Shown here: in pieces, positions 25,101 to 37,971 of the stretch
Layout: the number at the start of each line of letters is the position of its first letter
Numbering within the stretch: position 1 is the first letter of the stretch
Origin: Vicugna vicugna
Taxonomy: Eukaryota
Reading direction: 5' to 3'
NCBI GenBank assembly: GCA_013265495.1
Contig: MU057781.1
Span: forward strand, 1,426,001-1,490,000
DNA length: 64,000 nucleotides
Position numbers and translations under genes: made by a program
Notes under the pieces: model-generated
Database searches by the model: none
The model's input: only the letters and a program-made list of their open reading frames with translations
What the model was told of the DNA's origin: nothing

Positions 25101-28100
25101 ACGAGGAAGGTGCGGCTCTGCCTCCCGGTGAGGGGCTGGGCGGTGATGTACCTGCCGTCCACGCCCACCAGCACATACAGCAGGTCTTCCACGACGGCTG
25201 ACTCCTGGGAGGTCAGGGGCAGCGTGCCTGTGGGCGCAGACACGGCTGGGGCTCACCTTCCACCAGACCCCCGCTCCCAGCAGACTCTTTCCATTGGCTG
25301 CCCTCCGTGTAACTGCCTCTAGTGCTCGTGAATATAGAAACCAAGTCCTTCACTCGACTCGACTGACACCTCTGAACACCAAAGGCTGAGGCCCCAAAAC
25401 CACCACCAGGAAAGGCGCTGACCCGGCAGCAGGCCAGGAAGAGCCTCGGAGCACTGGGCAAACAGACACCTGCACACGCGAATGAGCGTGCGACATCTAA
25501 GAGAACAGAACTAGGGCTTAAAAAGCACCTCTGACCGTATTGTACTCGCGATGCTCACTACAACCTAACAAACCTGGGATAAAAAGGCTTTCTCTGATCA
25601 CTAAAACGCAGGTGGTTTCTATTGTATGCACAGTCTGAAATGGCTCCGTGACCCCAAAGGACTCAGGGCAATCAAGGCCATGGACCAGGGCCGTCCCCCA
25701 AATGCTTCGTAACCTGGACCCCCCTGCCTCTAGGTTCTCGGTCCAGAACGATCCTCAGCGTCCTGCCCAACACCTGCTGGGCACATGGTCACACTAGGAC
25801 AGGGGCAGCACAGGAGAAAGGTGCCCCAGCCCCGGCTCCCTGCCGAGCCCCATGGGTGCTGTGTCAGCTCAGGGCACCCAAAACCAAGGCCTGGCAGCTC
25901 GGATGGGGCTCACGGAAGCACTGCTGGCCCCACACGTCTGCAGGCAAGGGAGGCAGGGCAGGCTGGAGCCCAACAGCTGTCTGTCCAGGCACTGGTCACT
26001 CGGGGCTCAAAGCTGCTGTCTGAACCTGAGGCTGTTTTTCTCTACAGCTGTGGCGGCCTTCAGATTCCAGCCTCTGTGACCCCCAGAGGTGGGCACGACC
26101 GGCTGCCATTCCTTAGCGCAGGGCTACTAACCTAACCTCACACATTTCACCTCCAACCTCCACACTGCCCTCGCCAAGGCCCGGCTGAGGTTCACGGGGA
26201 GGAGTCTGCAGCAGTGGGGGAGGGTGCTGACCCAGGGTGGGGAGCTCAGGGTCCTGGCGCAGATGCTGGCCCGGCCTCCCCTGCCCCTGCGTGGAGAGGA
26301 GAACATCACAGCCTGTACGAATGGGAGACACAGCCAGCCTGCAGCTGAGCTCAAAGGGACATGGGACGCTCCAGGGTGAGGGGACATCCCACAGAAGTTG
26401 GAACGGGAAGCCACACGGAGCCATCAGGATTTCACCGGGGTGCAGGGTCACTAGAGAGGCTTCGCAGGGCAGGCCTGACTCAGAGCCGCACTGGGATGAC
26501 AGAGAGGGCTGCAGTGGGCAGGACGTGGGCTCAGATCTGCACCCTGACACATTGCCGCTGGCTCCCAAGGCCAAATGAAGGGAAACTAAAACTCGTTTCC
26601 CTGCAATGCCAGCCACTCGCTGCCCACCGGCCACAGATGGCTGGGGCACCGCACTGGGCAGAATGGATCTACAGCATGCCTTCATCATGCAAAATTCTGT
26701 GAAAGGTGCTGAGCCCTGAGTGGGGAAAGTGGACAGAGGCCCTCTCCTGCAGCTGGAGGGTGGGTGACAGCTGGGGGCTGGGGCCAGGCTAGTGCAGCAG
26801 AAGGGAAGCAGATACAGGTGATGCCAGTCACCACGCGGAGGGGAGGGGTGCCTGGGGAAGGTCAGGAGCCCGTTGTGGACACTCTTGGCAGACAGAGGGC
26901 CACACACAGGCAGGACTTCAGGAGAGCTGTGTAAGGGACAGAGAGCTGGGGCCCCACTGGGAGCTTCCAATTCCTTAAAACAGACGGGTCACCTTAGGGG
27001 GGTAGAATCCATGAGACCCAGGAGCAAAGTGCAAGGACTCAAGATGAGGAAGAGGGAGAAGCAAAATGGAGGCCAGGAAGGGACCACAGACCACCCAGTG
27101 TTGCCCGAACATTCAGGGAAATCGTGCTGTGTTACCAGATCTGAGCACAGGGCTCAGTGACCCAGCAAAGGCCGCTGCATGGGAGCCACCTGTGCCTGTG
27201 GCCTCGATGTCAAGGCCCTGGGTCAGGGCAGGACTTGTAAGGACGGCAGTTGCTACGCCATCTGGCCGTTGACAGGACGGCCTGGGCAAGCAGATGGAGC
27301 TGGAGACCTGTGTGTGGAGGAATGGCCCAGCGTGGATGGGGACCTGCCTCAGCTCTAAGAAGGGAATCGGATGGCAAGGTGACCACAGGGAGGTGGGATG
27401 GGCACCACTCAGCCAGCGGGGGGACGTCTAGCATTGCCCACTCCTGGGGGTGAAGCTCTGCCGGGGGAGGCCAAGGAAGGGCTGAGGACAGCCATGCCAA
27501 CCACAGGAGTCTGAACGTGGACAGGGAAGCGGCCAGAGGGCTGTGGAGGATGCTGCGTCACAGCCTGCAGTCTGGGCCAGGGAGGGACAGGGTAAGAAGG
27601 TGACGCGGGCCCAGAGGACCAACACTAACCCCACCTCTGAAACCCGCATAGCGTGGCTGCTGGAGTGACATGGGATGGAACACCTCGAGTTCTCCCAGGG
27701 AACGCTGTCATGCAACCGGCCTGGGGACCCCAACAGCGAGGCGCGCCCGTGGCCCGTGTGTGAAAGCATCTGCCTCAGTAGCACAACAACTCCAAATGTA
27801 GAAAACTTCCTCGTCGGACACCCAAAGCATGGCCTGCCCTCAAGAGCCAGTGCCTGGGTTCCCCTCCCCGGCTGGGCCTCCCCAGAAGAGGTGGTGCTGG
27901 GCCTCCCCAGAAGAGGTGGTGCCTCATGCGAGGCCTGGAACATTGACTCCTCTGACTGATCCAGACACACAAACATGGTGTCAGCAAAGTCCACAGCCAC
28001 AGCAACGGACTCCCTCAGCAGCTCTTAAACTTCCTTGGCTCCTGCCAGGTGCGCAAGGGAGCCAGTGGCATCTCACCTGCCGGCTCCCCAGGCCGGCAAC

Positions 28101-31100
28101 ACGGGGCCTGCCCCACCCACCCTGCTCCCTGCCCTTGGAGAACCTGTGCAGCACAGGCTCCTGTGCCCACGCCTCTCACCTCCACACAGGCTGTGCTGGC
28201 GCCTCCCCACGGGCACCGCTCTGCGAGCACACACCATGACGTGTTTCCTCTCAAGTGTGCACCCTGAGCAGGAGGTGGGACACAGCTTCCCACCCAAAGA
28301 AGTGCTCGCCAGGTGGGAGGTGCGGGCAAGGTGCGCAAATACCACGTCCCCTCGGCTGTCTGGACCGGACACACGAAGGCCAGCGTGGCAAGCCTGGCAC
28401 CGCTGCGGGAGAATCTGCAGTAACCATGCCTCGCTGTTTGGAAGGAGGACCCTGGTCATCCTATCGCCCCTAGTCTGCACAGAGCCCGGGACGCAGGCTC
28501 TCCTAAAAGCCAGACAAGACCCAGCCCAGACGCTGGCAAGTCACCACCCACTGGTGACTGGGGATAGGGATGTGGAGGATGGCAAAAGGTGGGCATCGTG
28601 AGCTGCAGCATGACCAAGGGCAGGAAGGGCCTCGGGGGGCTGTAGCCCTCCCCACCACAGCATCACCAAGCAAACAGATGTGCCTCCAGGTCCCCACTGC
28701 CAGAGCTCCAGGCCTCACGCACCTATAGGCACAGCTGCATCTGTGCTCACACCCGAGCCCGCCAGGAAGTCCCCGAGAAGCGTGGGTCTCTCATACACCC
28801 AGGCCGGGAAGACTGGGAGGTGTTGGCCCAAATTCTTCCTGTTCTGCTTGTCTCGAAGCATCTTTCTTGTGAGTTCCAGAGACTGGGAAGAATGTTTTTT
28901 AAAAACAGGAAAGACACACATAATTTCAGTACAACCACTTAAAACTAACAGGTCTGCAGTATGAAAAGTGGGTCCCTAAGCACACGTGAGGGTCAACAAA
29001 TACAAGTGGACGTGAGACAAACGTGTCCAAGCCCATCACAGTGCGAGGGGCTGGGGACAAGCCACACGGCCACCCCAAGGAGCCAGGACCGGACAGGAGT
29101 GTCTCCAGTCAGACCGGGCACCCACCCGGCTGTGGCAACGTGGTACCTGCTGCCACGTGGGGCCCGTGGCCACGCTGCCCAGCTGCTTCCTCAGCTCCTC
29201 CAGCTCCTGCATGGAGATCTTAGAGGCCGTGACTGGGGCATTGAAGTTGGTGGTGCCACTGGTGGCGGTGCTTGCTGCGAGCTCTGCCCTCTCCCTGGCA
29301 TTCTGCTGTAAGTACTGCAGAGTCTGAAAGCACACAGCACCTGGAGTCCTACCCACCGGCGTGTTTGTGCCCTCCACCGGGCACTGCCAGTCCCTGAGCT
29401 GCAGCCCAGTCTCCCAGAGCTTTCTGCCATGAGGTGCCACATCCCCAAATCTCAGGAGGACAGCATCCCAAACTCGTTCCCAACAGCCCATGACTGGCCT
29501 CCCTTGCTGCGAGAGACCAGTGGCCAGCGCTGGTGGCCACCCTGTGCCCAGCCGCACCCTCTCCCCAGACCCCAGGCGCATGAAGTGAGTGGAAGCACTG
29601 AACGCCCAGGCACCTCGGCACCTCTGCACTCTTCTGAGCATCGTTAAGTAACACATGCTCACTTTAGAACAAAGACACAGCCCGGACCACAGAAACGGAA
29701 GTCCCTCCGCCCCAGAGGCAGCGTTAACCACCTTGCGTTTGTCACCAACACGAGTGACTTCCGTTCCGATGCACCTATATGGTGCACGGAGTCCTCTGTG
29801 ACCTCAACGCGCTACAGGTGCAAGGCCGGGAAAGCTCAAGGACAGGTGCCTGGGTCAGAGAGCAGAGGTCAGGTGGCCCCACGGCTGTCACCCCAACCGA
29901 CAAGCTGCACGGCCTAGCATGACCCCACAAGGACACACATCCATCCGTCTTTCTGAGACACAGAGAGGTCCTTCCAACCCAGCCGAGCCAGCACCCACCT
30001 CTCTGTCCTCCGTGAGCTTCGACAGCAGGTACACCAGGGGGTCAAGGTTCCTGGTGTTCTTTGATTTCAGTTCATCGTATTTCTTCAGGAAGTCCTCAGG
30101 AGTACGAGAAAACTCTGCTATTTTAACCTCAAAAGTATAGATAGAGGGACTCAGTGACAACAATCGGGAATCTTAAAAAATCTTGTAGAAAACTAAACCC
30201 AAAACAGCAATCAGAGTGACGTCAGGCAGATGGAACAGTCCTAAATCTCCAAAATAAAACTGAGCAAATGCACTGAAATTCCTTGTCGAACTCCGCACTC
30301 TCCTCTGAGGTTCCTCCCTCGTTTGCTTCCCCAGCCTGAGCTGCGACCTCCCAGAATTTGTCTACACATTTAACTCTGTTCCTCTGGAACTCATCACTAC
30401 ATACAGGTTCACGGTTACATTTTCTCATTACCTAAAATACCCACTTATAATATGCTAGATTTCACTGTATGTCCTAGACTCTCTAGTCTGCTCAGTAAAT
30501 GTTCTGAATTATCCCTGTGCTGTTATTAGACTATTTAAATAAATGAAGGTTCACAACGGGTTTCTAAAGTAGATTTCAAAGTCATCTTTTACTGAGGTAT
30601 AATTCTGAATTACATACTATTTTAATAAAGAAAGAAAATCTACTTTAAAAGGATTTAAATGCAGTTAATGCCAGGAGCCTCCTTTTCACCCATGGGAATA
30701 TCTCTGTGTCGAGATGTGAGCAGAAATCAGGACTATCTGTGTCTTCCTCCTCAGGGGGTACAGGGAGGCTGTGGTTCAGAGACTGAGTCTGAGGTCAGGC
30801 AGACAGCCCTGCGTCCTACCTGAGCCTCACTGCCTCGTCTGTACAACAGGCTGACTGACGGGGCCGCTGAGGAGTCAGCAGGAGTGCTGAGCAGAGCACA
30901 CGTCCGCGAAAAGCATCTGTCAAGTGCTGCCTGCCACCAGCACTGGCACTGCTGAGGCTGCCCAACAGGGGTGTAAACTCCGGGACGCGCACTCACCTTG
31001 GCACTGTGTGCAGACACAGTGGTTGTGACATACGGGGTCCTGTTCTTCTGCAGCAGGTCGATGTAGACCTCGGCCCCATCACCCCCGCGGACCCGCAGCA

Positions 31101-31146
31101 GGCTGAGCAGCTCGTTGACGTCATGGTGAATCCGAAACTCACTCAT
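16106..31146 (-). CDS. TUBGCP2: Gamma-tubulin complex component 2 (GCP2), 17 coding exons, 906 aa, intact
   Basis: Exons (all GT-AG): 30997-31146, 29999-30127, 29147-29323, 28723-28882, 25020-25227, 24619-24818, 24213-24402, 23555-23700, 22445-22625, 21745-21925, 19869-20041, 19589-19717, 19097-19217, 18495-18638, 18190-18321, 17379-17542, 16106-16241. Total 2721 nt, frame continuous. Starts MSEFRIHHDVNELLSLL, contains GRIP1/GRIP2 motifs (SIKRYFLMDQGDFFVHFMD; FSFDYVVKWPLSLIINR), ends LDFNGFYTERLERLSAERSQK...VTAQ*. Confidence 0.98.
19307..19390. repeat. Short minisatellite (about 34-bp units with GTCAGGGACCACCCC core, x3) in a TUBGCP2 intron
   Basis: The GTCAGGG(A/T)CCACCCC core recurs three times at regular spacing. 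Confidence 0.7.
20870..21630 (+). mobile_element. Old L1 ORF2 fragment (post-endonuclease region), antisense within a TUBGCP2 intron
   Basis: Degenerate translation NKWVKEEIT...KLRGKFTA and later DKFL...KTP..KIRN matches L1 ORF2 (NQWVKEEITREI...VLRGKFIA; IDKPLARL...KIRNE). Weaker L1-like pieces extend back to about 20110. Confidence 0.8.
22765..23034. repeat. Intronic inverted repeat, arms about 67 bp (22765-22831 and 22966-23034)
   Basis: CAGGGCACAGCAGCACAGCTGCCCCCGTCACGGGCTGACGC...GTGCTGTGGCCTCCCA matches the reverse complement of 22966-23034, apart from a few substitutions and two small indels. Confidence 0.85.
27871..27922. repeat. Perfect 25-bp tandem duplication
   Basis: GCTGGGCCTCCCCAGAAGAGGTGGT at 27871-27895 and 27896-27920. 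Confidence 0.9.
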
Positions 31147-32169
31147 AGTCTTGGCTCTGCGACAACATCACAATGTGTTCTCCTTAAAGTAAGAGGAAAG
31201 ACACTTATAAAAATAAAACCCATAAATAAAAAACCTTTCAAGTAACTGAATCTGGCCAGTATCAGGTCTTTGGGAAGCCAAACTGTCACAGGGCCCAGCC
31301 TGGCCCACCAGTCCTCCATGACAGGGCCTGCCCACCCCCAGGCGGGGCTCATTCCTAGGGTGAGTCCTCCTTGCCCCCCAGGTGGCACCCGCTAGTGTGT
31401 TCTGTCATTTCTTATTGGAGGCTGCCTTCAGTGGGCAGCTCCTTGTGGGAGCCCAGAGTTTCCGCACCTGCTCCTCAGCTCAGGGAGCTGCTTGTGCAGC
31501 CAGTGAGAGTGTGGCCCCACCGGCCTGGGCCCCTTCCTCCTGGTGACTCCAACCTCACATGGCCCTGGGCCAGCAGGCAGCTGCTCCCTTGGTCAGCATA
31601 CAGCACCTTCCTGTCCCTTCTCGCTCTAGCCATGCAGACACAGGGGTCCTGGCCCTCGGGGGTCCTGGTCTACACAGGTAGCTCCACACAGGCCTAAACC
31701 ACTGCCCTGGCCAGGTTCCCGCCGTGACCCCGCATCTGCAGCTGCGTTCACCCTCCAGTTCTGTGTTTGCACTCCGGTGCCTCGGACGCTGCCTTTTCTG
31801 GCCCAGGCGTGGTTTTTGCTAAGATTGCGAAGCATCTCCTGCACACTTGAGCTGAGTGCTTCAGCCAGACCTGCCCTGTCCACTGGATGTCCACAGGACT
31901 CCCCATCGGACGCACAGCCCACTGGGGTCAGGACTGTAACTGCAATCCCACCCGGCAGACAGTGGGGGACTGCCCAGGGACTTCTGTCTTCCCCTGGATG
32001 ACCCGTCCAGTCAGCCATTATTGTGGTGGCACAGGCAATTAGCCAGAGATTCAAAAAATAAACACGAACAAACTTTACATACTTCACATAAACATTTCAG
32101 TGCATCTCCACAGGGTTCATAATGTTGGTTCACCACCACCAAAAAAGACTCTTGGAAATGACAGGCAAA

Positions 32170-32253
32170 ATCATTTCTGTCTGTGAGTTTTCTGAGAGGT
32201 CTTTCAACAGATAATCAAAGGCTCTGTGACCCAAAAAAGGTTAAGGACCACGG
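32170..32253 (-). mobile_element. hAT-Charlie-type MITE fragment
   Basis: ...CAAAGGCTCTGTGACCCAAAAAAGGTTAAGGACCACGG resembles a Charlie/MER terminus (reverse complement of CAGTGGTTCTTAACCTTTTTTGGGTCAC), from recall. Confidence 0.55.
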
Positions 32254-32399
32254 TGCCACCAGCTCCACTGAAGACGAGCCCCGCGTCAAACATCAGGCCA
32301 GGGAGGCTCAGTCCCCTCCCGCCGCACGAGTGTTGACCCCTAACTCTCCCATGAGACAGAGACTCTGACCTCGAGCGACGGAAAACAGGGTCTCGGTGT

Positions 32400-33550
32400 G
32401 CAAATCTGAGAGTCGCGGCACACAAACGTCAAACGCTGGCCAGAAGCAGGGCACCTCCAAACAGGACAGAACAGCGAGCGCGAGCCGCGCGGATGTCGCC
32501 AGCACGCGCGGGGTTAGAGCAAGGCACCGGCTGCGGCTCCTGGCCGGCCTCAACCCCGACCCGGTGCTCCCCGGCTGCAGGGCCCTGGGCAAGGGGCTTG
32601 TCCTCCCTAAGTTTCCTGAGAAACACCACCCGAGGGCTTCGCGCAAAGGAAGGTCACAACAAAACGCAAGTTTTCCAAAGACCCCTGGGCTCCAGTCCGG
32701 GGGCAGTTCTGGAGACAAGGTCGGTCCAGGGGCCGCGGCAGCCCCTCAGGTGGGAGACGGCGGCGGCGGCCGAGGGTGGGAGAGAGGGAGCCCGCACTGC
32801 TCGGGGCTGCGAGCCGCCCCGGGACCCCGACCAGCGCCCCCAGGCTCAGGCCCCGCCGCCCCCGCCCGACTCACCGCAGGCGCCGCGCCCGGGGCCAGCC
32901 CGCCAAGCCAGCCAAGCCCGCCGCGCAGCCTGCGTCGCCCGCGCCGGAAGTGGTGCGTGACGTCACATCCGGCCCCGGCCCGGCCGGCTTGCGGACGGTG
33001 GCCGACAGGCTGTGGCGGCGCCGGCGCGCGGGGCGATGCAGCTGCCGCCTGCACTACACGCCCGCCTGGCGGGGGCACCCGGGGAGGCCGAGCCGCTGCC
33101 CGTGGAGCGGGACCCCGCGGCCGGGACCACGCCCTTCCGCTTTGCGGCGCGCCAGGTCCGCTTCCCACGGGAGCACGAGTTCTTCGAGGTGCGTGAGCAG
33201 GGGGGGAGGGCAGTTGGGGCGGGGGCGGTGCCGGGGGCGGTGCCTGGGGCGGGATCGGGACCGGAGGCCGGTGGGCGGGCCTGTGGGGGGCGGGGTTATG
33301 GCTCAGGGCGGGGCCCTGGACGGGGGCTCGATGGGGCGAGATCAGAACTGGGACAGCTTTGTCTCCTGCAGGACGGGGATGTGCAGCGGCACCTCTATCT
33401 CCAGGATGTGCTCACGCAGGTGGCTGGGGATCCCGAGAGGCCCAGGTGAGCGCTGTGACCCAGCGCGGGCCCCCTCCTTGTCTCCTCGCTCCTTCCTCCC
33501 TGCCCGCCCCTCTGGCTGGACCACCGTTTACGTCGTCGGTGTGACTGGCC
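32400..33550. promoter_or_regulatory. CpG island; bidirectional TUBGCP2/ZNF511 promoter containing TUBGCP2 non-coding exon 1
   Basis: TUBGCP2 exon-1 donor (minus, G|GTGAGT) at 32873-32874 and ZNF511 ATG at 33036. Between them lie ETS CCGGAAGT (32944-32951), CRE TGACGTCA (32958-32965) and an inverted ETS ACATCCGG (32965-32972). Confidence 0.85.
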
Positions 33551-36212
33551 TCCTCACTGCCTGCCTGGTCTGTGAAAATACAACTGTTAGAAAAATGGGA
33601 GTTGGGATTGCAAAAGAAAATCCGGAGCTTTATCAGACCACTTAAAGGGGTGTGGTAACAGGGAGTTCTGTCCTCCGTGGAATGGCATCCCCACCAGGCC
33701 ACTTCCTCTGCCAGGGTGCCCGAGTTCACCTGTCAGGTAGCCGGGTGCTGCCAGGTGTTTGACGCCCTGGAGGACTACGAGCACCACTACCACACTCTGC
33801 ACAGAAACGTCTGCTCCTTCTGCAAGCGGGCCTTTCCCTCGGGACACCTGCTGGACACCCACATCCTGGAGTGGCACGACTCCCTGTTCCAGATCCTGGC
33901 TGAGCGGCAGGACATGGTGGGTGACCGTCTCACCCAAGGGCCGAGGGCACATCATGAGGGTTTGTTCCCCCATTGCGTGCCTTGTGGTGCCAGAGCCGGG
34001 GGGCTGCCCAGGGGTCAGCGTGCAGTGACACTGTTTCTGTTTCAGTACCAGTGCTTGGTGGAGGGCTGCACAGAGAAGTTTAGGACCAGCAGAGACAGGA
34101 AGGAGCACCTGGTGACACGTCACCTCTACCCTGCGGACTTCCGCTTCGATAAACCAAGGAAGAGCAAAGGGTATGAAGCCACTTCCCAAGCGTAGAACTC
34201 CTTTGATACGGAGACTTTAAGGGTACCCCTGTCACTTAACGTCCTGCTTAGCTGCCAGTAACGGAAACCCGGATAGGTCGGGAGTTATTAACCCAGAGGA
34301 ATTAAACAGATAGGGCTGGTTTCACGTGTGGGACCCCTGCTGCAGGAGGACAGGAGGGGAGAACCTGGCTTCCCTGGTCTGTGCTGGGAATGACTGGGGT
34401 ACCGTGGCGGGGTCTGCAGGGCCTGCAGAAAGAGCCCCACCCCCTGCACACTCAAGCTTCGCAGCTGTGCCTGCACCTCCACCCAGCCCGTCGCCTCCCC
34501 TCCATCGCTGATCAGGGCCTTTGGGAACCTGTCCTGGGCTGTGAGTCCCTCTGCTCATGTGGGGCCCTCTGGTTTTTCATTTGTCCTGTAGGTAGATGAA
34601 CTTGACAAAGCCGAGTGCTACATGCTACTTCTCAAAATGTCCTATGGGGAGGTTCCTCTGGGTATAATTTTTAAGTTTGTGTTATATTTGTTTGCCTCTT
34701 CATTAACTGATGTGTTCAGCTGAAACTTCACAATCACCTAAAAATTGTGTTGGTTGAAGTCTTTTTAGACTAAATTGTCCCCAGACAAGACTTCGCTGTT
34801 TAAAGTGAAATAATCAGGAGAATCCACTACAATGTGAGAGATTTTTCCAAAGCCCCTGGGGGTAAGGTAATTCTTTTCTTTTCAAGGACTCGTTTTAAGG
34901 GAGAAAACCCTACAACGTTGGATTGAGACATAGCATTATGGGAAAGACACTCAGTATCTTATGGCTGAGTTTAGTAACTTTCTCACTAATTGTTACAGAG
35001 AGATGTCTAGTATTCTTAGTAATCATTTACCACATGACACCATATAAATACTGGTTTTGAAAAGTAAAGTACGATCATTACGCCTAAATCCATAAATCGT
35101 GTCTTATATCACACAGACATTTCTCCTAGTTCCGGTAGCCAGGAAGTTACTTTTGACAAAATAGTTATAAAACAGCTTTGTGAGTTCACTCCTGGGGGAA
35201 GCCCGGGGGCTATAGGAGCTCGCTCCTTCTTGTCTTCCCCAGCCCAGCCACGCCCGGGCCCGCCGTGCAGGTGTCCGCAGAAGCCCTGGGGGATGACCAG
35301 GTGCCATCAGAAGGAGACGCCATGGAAGTCTGCTTTGGACACACAGAGCTGCCCCCAGAATCTTCCGGAGAGAGGCGGACCTACGGCCACAGGTCAGTCC
35401 CGGGCGTCCTTCTGAAGCCGGCTCTGAGCCTGTGCGTTCCCTGGAAAATTCCAGGTTTGATGTTGGGCCGGCATCCTCCCCAAGAGGAGCTGCCACGGGG
35501 TTGGAGTGTTGGCTTCGGCAGGAGGTGAGAGCCCGACTCTACCCACTCCCCTCGAATGACCTGCTTCTCCTGCTGTTCAGCCTGGAGTGCACCTGCCCAG
35601 CCTGAGCTGGGGTGGAGAACCAGGTGTGACTGCTCGGGTTACAGCCTACGAGTCTGTCTTTCTAGTGCTAAATGTGCTATTCCTGAGTTGAAGTTGGTTT
35701 CAAATCTAATTTGGGGGGAAACACTGGAGAAATGGAAAAGATCACCAGCAAACCCAAACCGACAGGAAGGTGACCGGCGTCCCTCAGCTGCCCTCGAGCA
35801 GTGGCCCAGACTCTGGCATGAGCGTGAGCCCCAGGTTCCAGCGGGTGGGTTGGGTTTCGCCCGGATGGACCGAGGGCAACAGGAAGGCTGGGCCCGGGGG
35901 CGGGAGGCGGGGAGCCTCTCGTGCCTGGCGGCTGGAGAACACCCCCGCGCCCTCCGGGAAGCCGGTCTGGAGCAGGCTGGCTGGCTGGGCCCGGGGAGCC
36001 GTGGGCGAAGGGCCGCCCACAGCCTGAACATTCCAGGAAGAAGGAGGTTCCAGGCGCCAGACAGCGCCGTGGGTTGGGTTGTTTGCTGGCGAGAGATGTG
36101 GTTCAGCACGAACGATTTTTCCCTGCGTTTCAGAATTCCTTCTGCCGTCTGCTTCGGGCAAGGCGCATCACGAGGATTTAAGAGCACCAAGAAAAGAAAT
36201 GAGCACCAGTGA
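33036..36212 (+). CDS. ZNF511: Zinc finger protein 511, 6 exons, 260 aa, three C2H2 fingers, intact
   Basis: Exons 33036-33188, 33372-33445, 33715-33916, 34046-34170, 35243-35392, 36134-36212 (783 nt, GT-AG, frame continuous). Begins MQLPPALHARL...RFPREHEFFEDGDVQRHLYLQD. Fingers CQVAGCCQVF...HYHTLH, CSFCKRAF...HILEWH, CLVEGCTEKF...HLVTRH. Ends RIPSAVCFGQGASRGF. Confidence 0.96.
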
Positions 36213-37971
36213 CGCTGAGACCGAGAGGAAGAGCCACGAAGTCGAGCAGATCCTCGGCGGGAGACGGGCCCTCTGCAGAATGTGGTGTCACCGTAGGCTT
36301 TTCCTCGTGCCTTGCTGTGGCCACCCCAGGACCCTGGCCCTGCTGTCCTCGAGTCTTGGTCCCTCGGTGAACCACCGAATGACGCGGGGAGCTGTGTTGG
36401 GAGCCGAGAGGGGCCCACGGATTCCAGGAGGGGCCCGACCCACGTGGCAGCTGGAGTGGGGAGGGCAGCCCTGCTCCTCACAGGGCCCACCCCCGGCCCC
36501 ACAGCCAAGGGCGACCTCTGTAAACACGTGGAGAGAATATTTTTCACGACCGGTCTCATGTTGTCATTCTGTGCTGGTTAACGGTGGGCATGTGAGCAGC
36601 AGTTAACTGGTGAGCACTTTGTTTTCAGCACTCACTTCCCGGAAAAACTGATGACGTTTTAGGGCCTGAGTGCGGGGGTGATGAGGCCCGGACCATCCTG
36701 TCACCCACACTGAGCAGACCTGACTGAGACGGTGAGACCAGGGAGACTCCCCCAGGCCTCGGCAGGGGCTGTAGGTGCCGGGGGCGGAGTGCCCGCTGGG
36801 AGAGAGGCTGGGGGAGGGGCCCGGTTGTGCAGTCCTCTCCTCCTTTTGTATCTGGCTAAATGGAGTGCTCACCAGTGGAGCCAGGGCTGGGAAAGGCAGG
36901 GCAGTGGTGGGGCGGGTGCAGATAGAGGCAGACCTGCACAGAGAAGCAGCTGGATCAGGTGTACTGATAAAATCAGTGCTCTCAGGGCCAGGCCTGTTAG
37001 AGTGGAGACCCACCAGCGGGCTCTCCCTCTGGGAGCCTGTGCCCACTGGGCGTGTGCCTGGGACTGTACTTCTTCCAGGGGCTGTACCAGGCTGAGGGCC
37101 CTGGCTTAGCTGGCCGCGGGAGGATGGGCGCTCCCTGCCCCCACACCCGCCATCCTACTCTTGTTCTGGGCTCTGGGCTGGAGGCAGCGGGTGGTAATCT
37201 GGGACTCAGGGCACAGAGGCTATGCCCCAGCTCCTCCTGAGCCCACCCTCTGCTCTCCCCAGCCTAGGGCAGAGGGACAGTGACCTCACACCATCCACCT
37301 CATGCACCAAAAACCCTGAGGTGCCCAAGGAAAACATTTAAAACCTTAAGTCTGACGAGGCCTAGTATCTTGATGCAGAGGGGCCAAATGTAGACTTTTC
37401 TTGGGGGAGCAATGACCAGCCTTGGCTGAGGGATGATGGCAGGGCTGCTAAGGGTCCTATCTTTGGTTCTTGAAAAACACAACATAGGGAGAAATACTAA
37501 CAGCAAATGTACCGTCAGCCGCCACATGGGATGGCGGTTCCTGGCCTGGGGACGGTTGGTCCTGGGTCCCCATCCCAGCTGCACCCTGCTGACAAAGCTC
37601 CTTGTTTAACCTGGCCCAGCTTTGCTTTTTCTTCTGAAAAACAGGGACTATAAAACTTTAGTCTGATGAAAGTTACTGGTGGGGAGAAAACCGAAACAAT
37701 AGCATAATTTATTCTGAGGGGCTACTTGTATCTCTGCTGCAAAATCTGAAAATCTGGGGGTGGTTTCCAGGTCCGTTTCCAGGGAGACACAGAGTTGGAA
37801 GCACAAGAAAACGGGCCGCTCGCTGGCAGGTGCAGGAAAGTCACTGCATCAGATGCCGAGTGTTTAAGGTCACTGAGGTGGTAGTGGTGGCGGTGGGAAC
37901 GTGACTGTCATCCCTCGGTTTACATGAAATGCACTGGGAGATGAGAAGCTGCTGGGATTACCCTGTTCTTT

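Noticed and set aside
27871-27922. Short direct repeats (also 12605-12650, 19307-19390, 62248-62878) as a CRISPR-like array
   Set aside because: Eukaryotic context, only 2-3 copies, no unique spacers of regular length.
37300-37584. Short minus ORF with a signal-peptide-like stretch (MWRLTVHLLLVFLPMLCFS)
   Set aside because: Hydrophobicity is explained by T-rich sequence; no homology or exon structure recognised.
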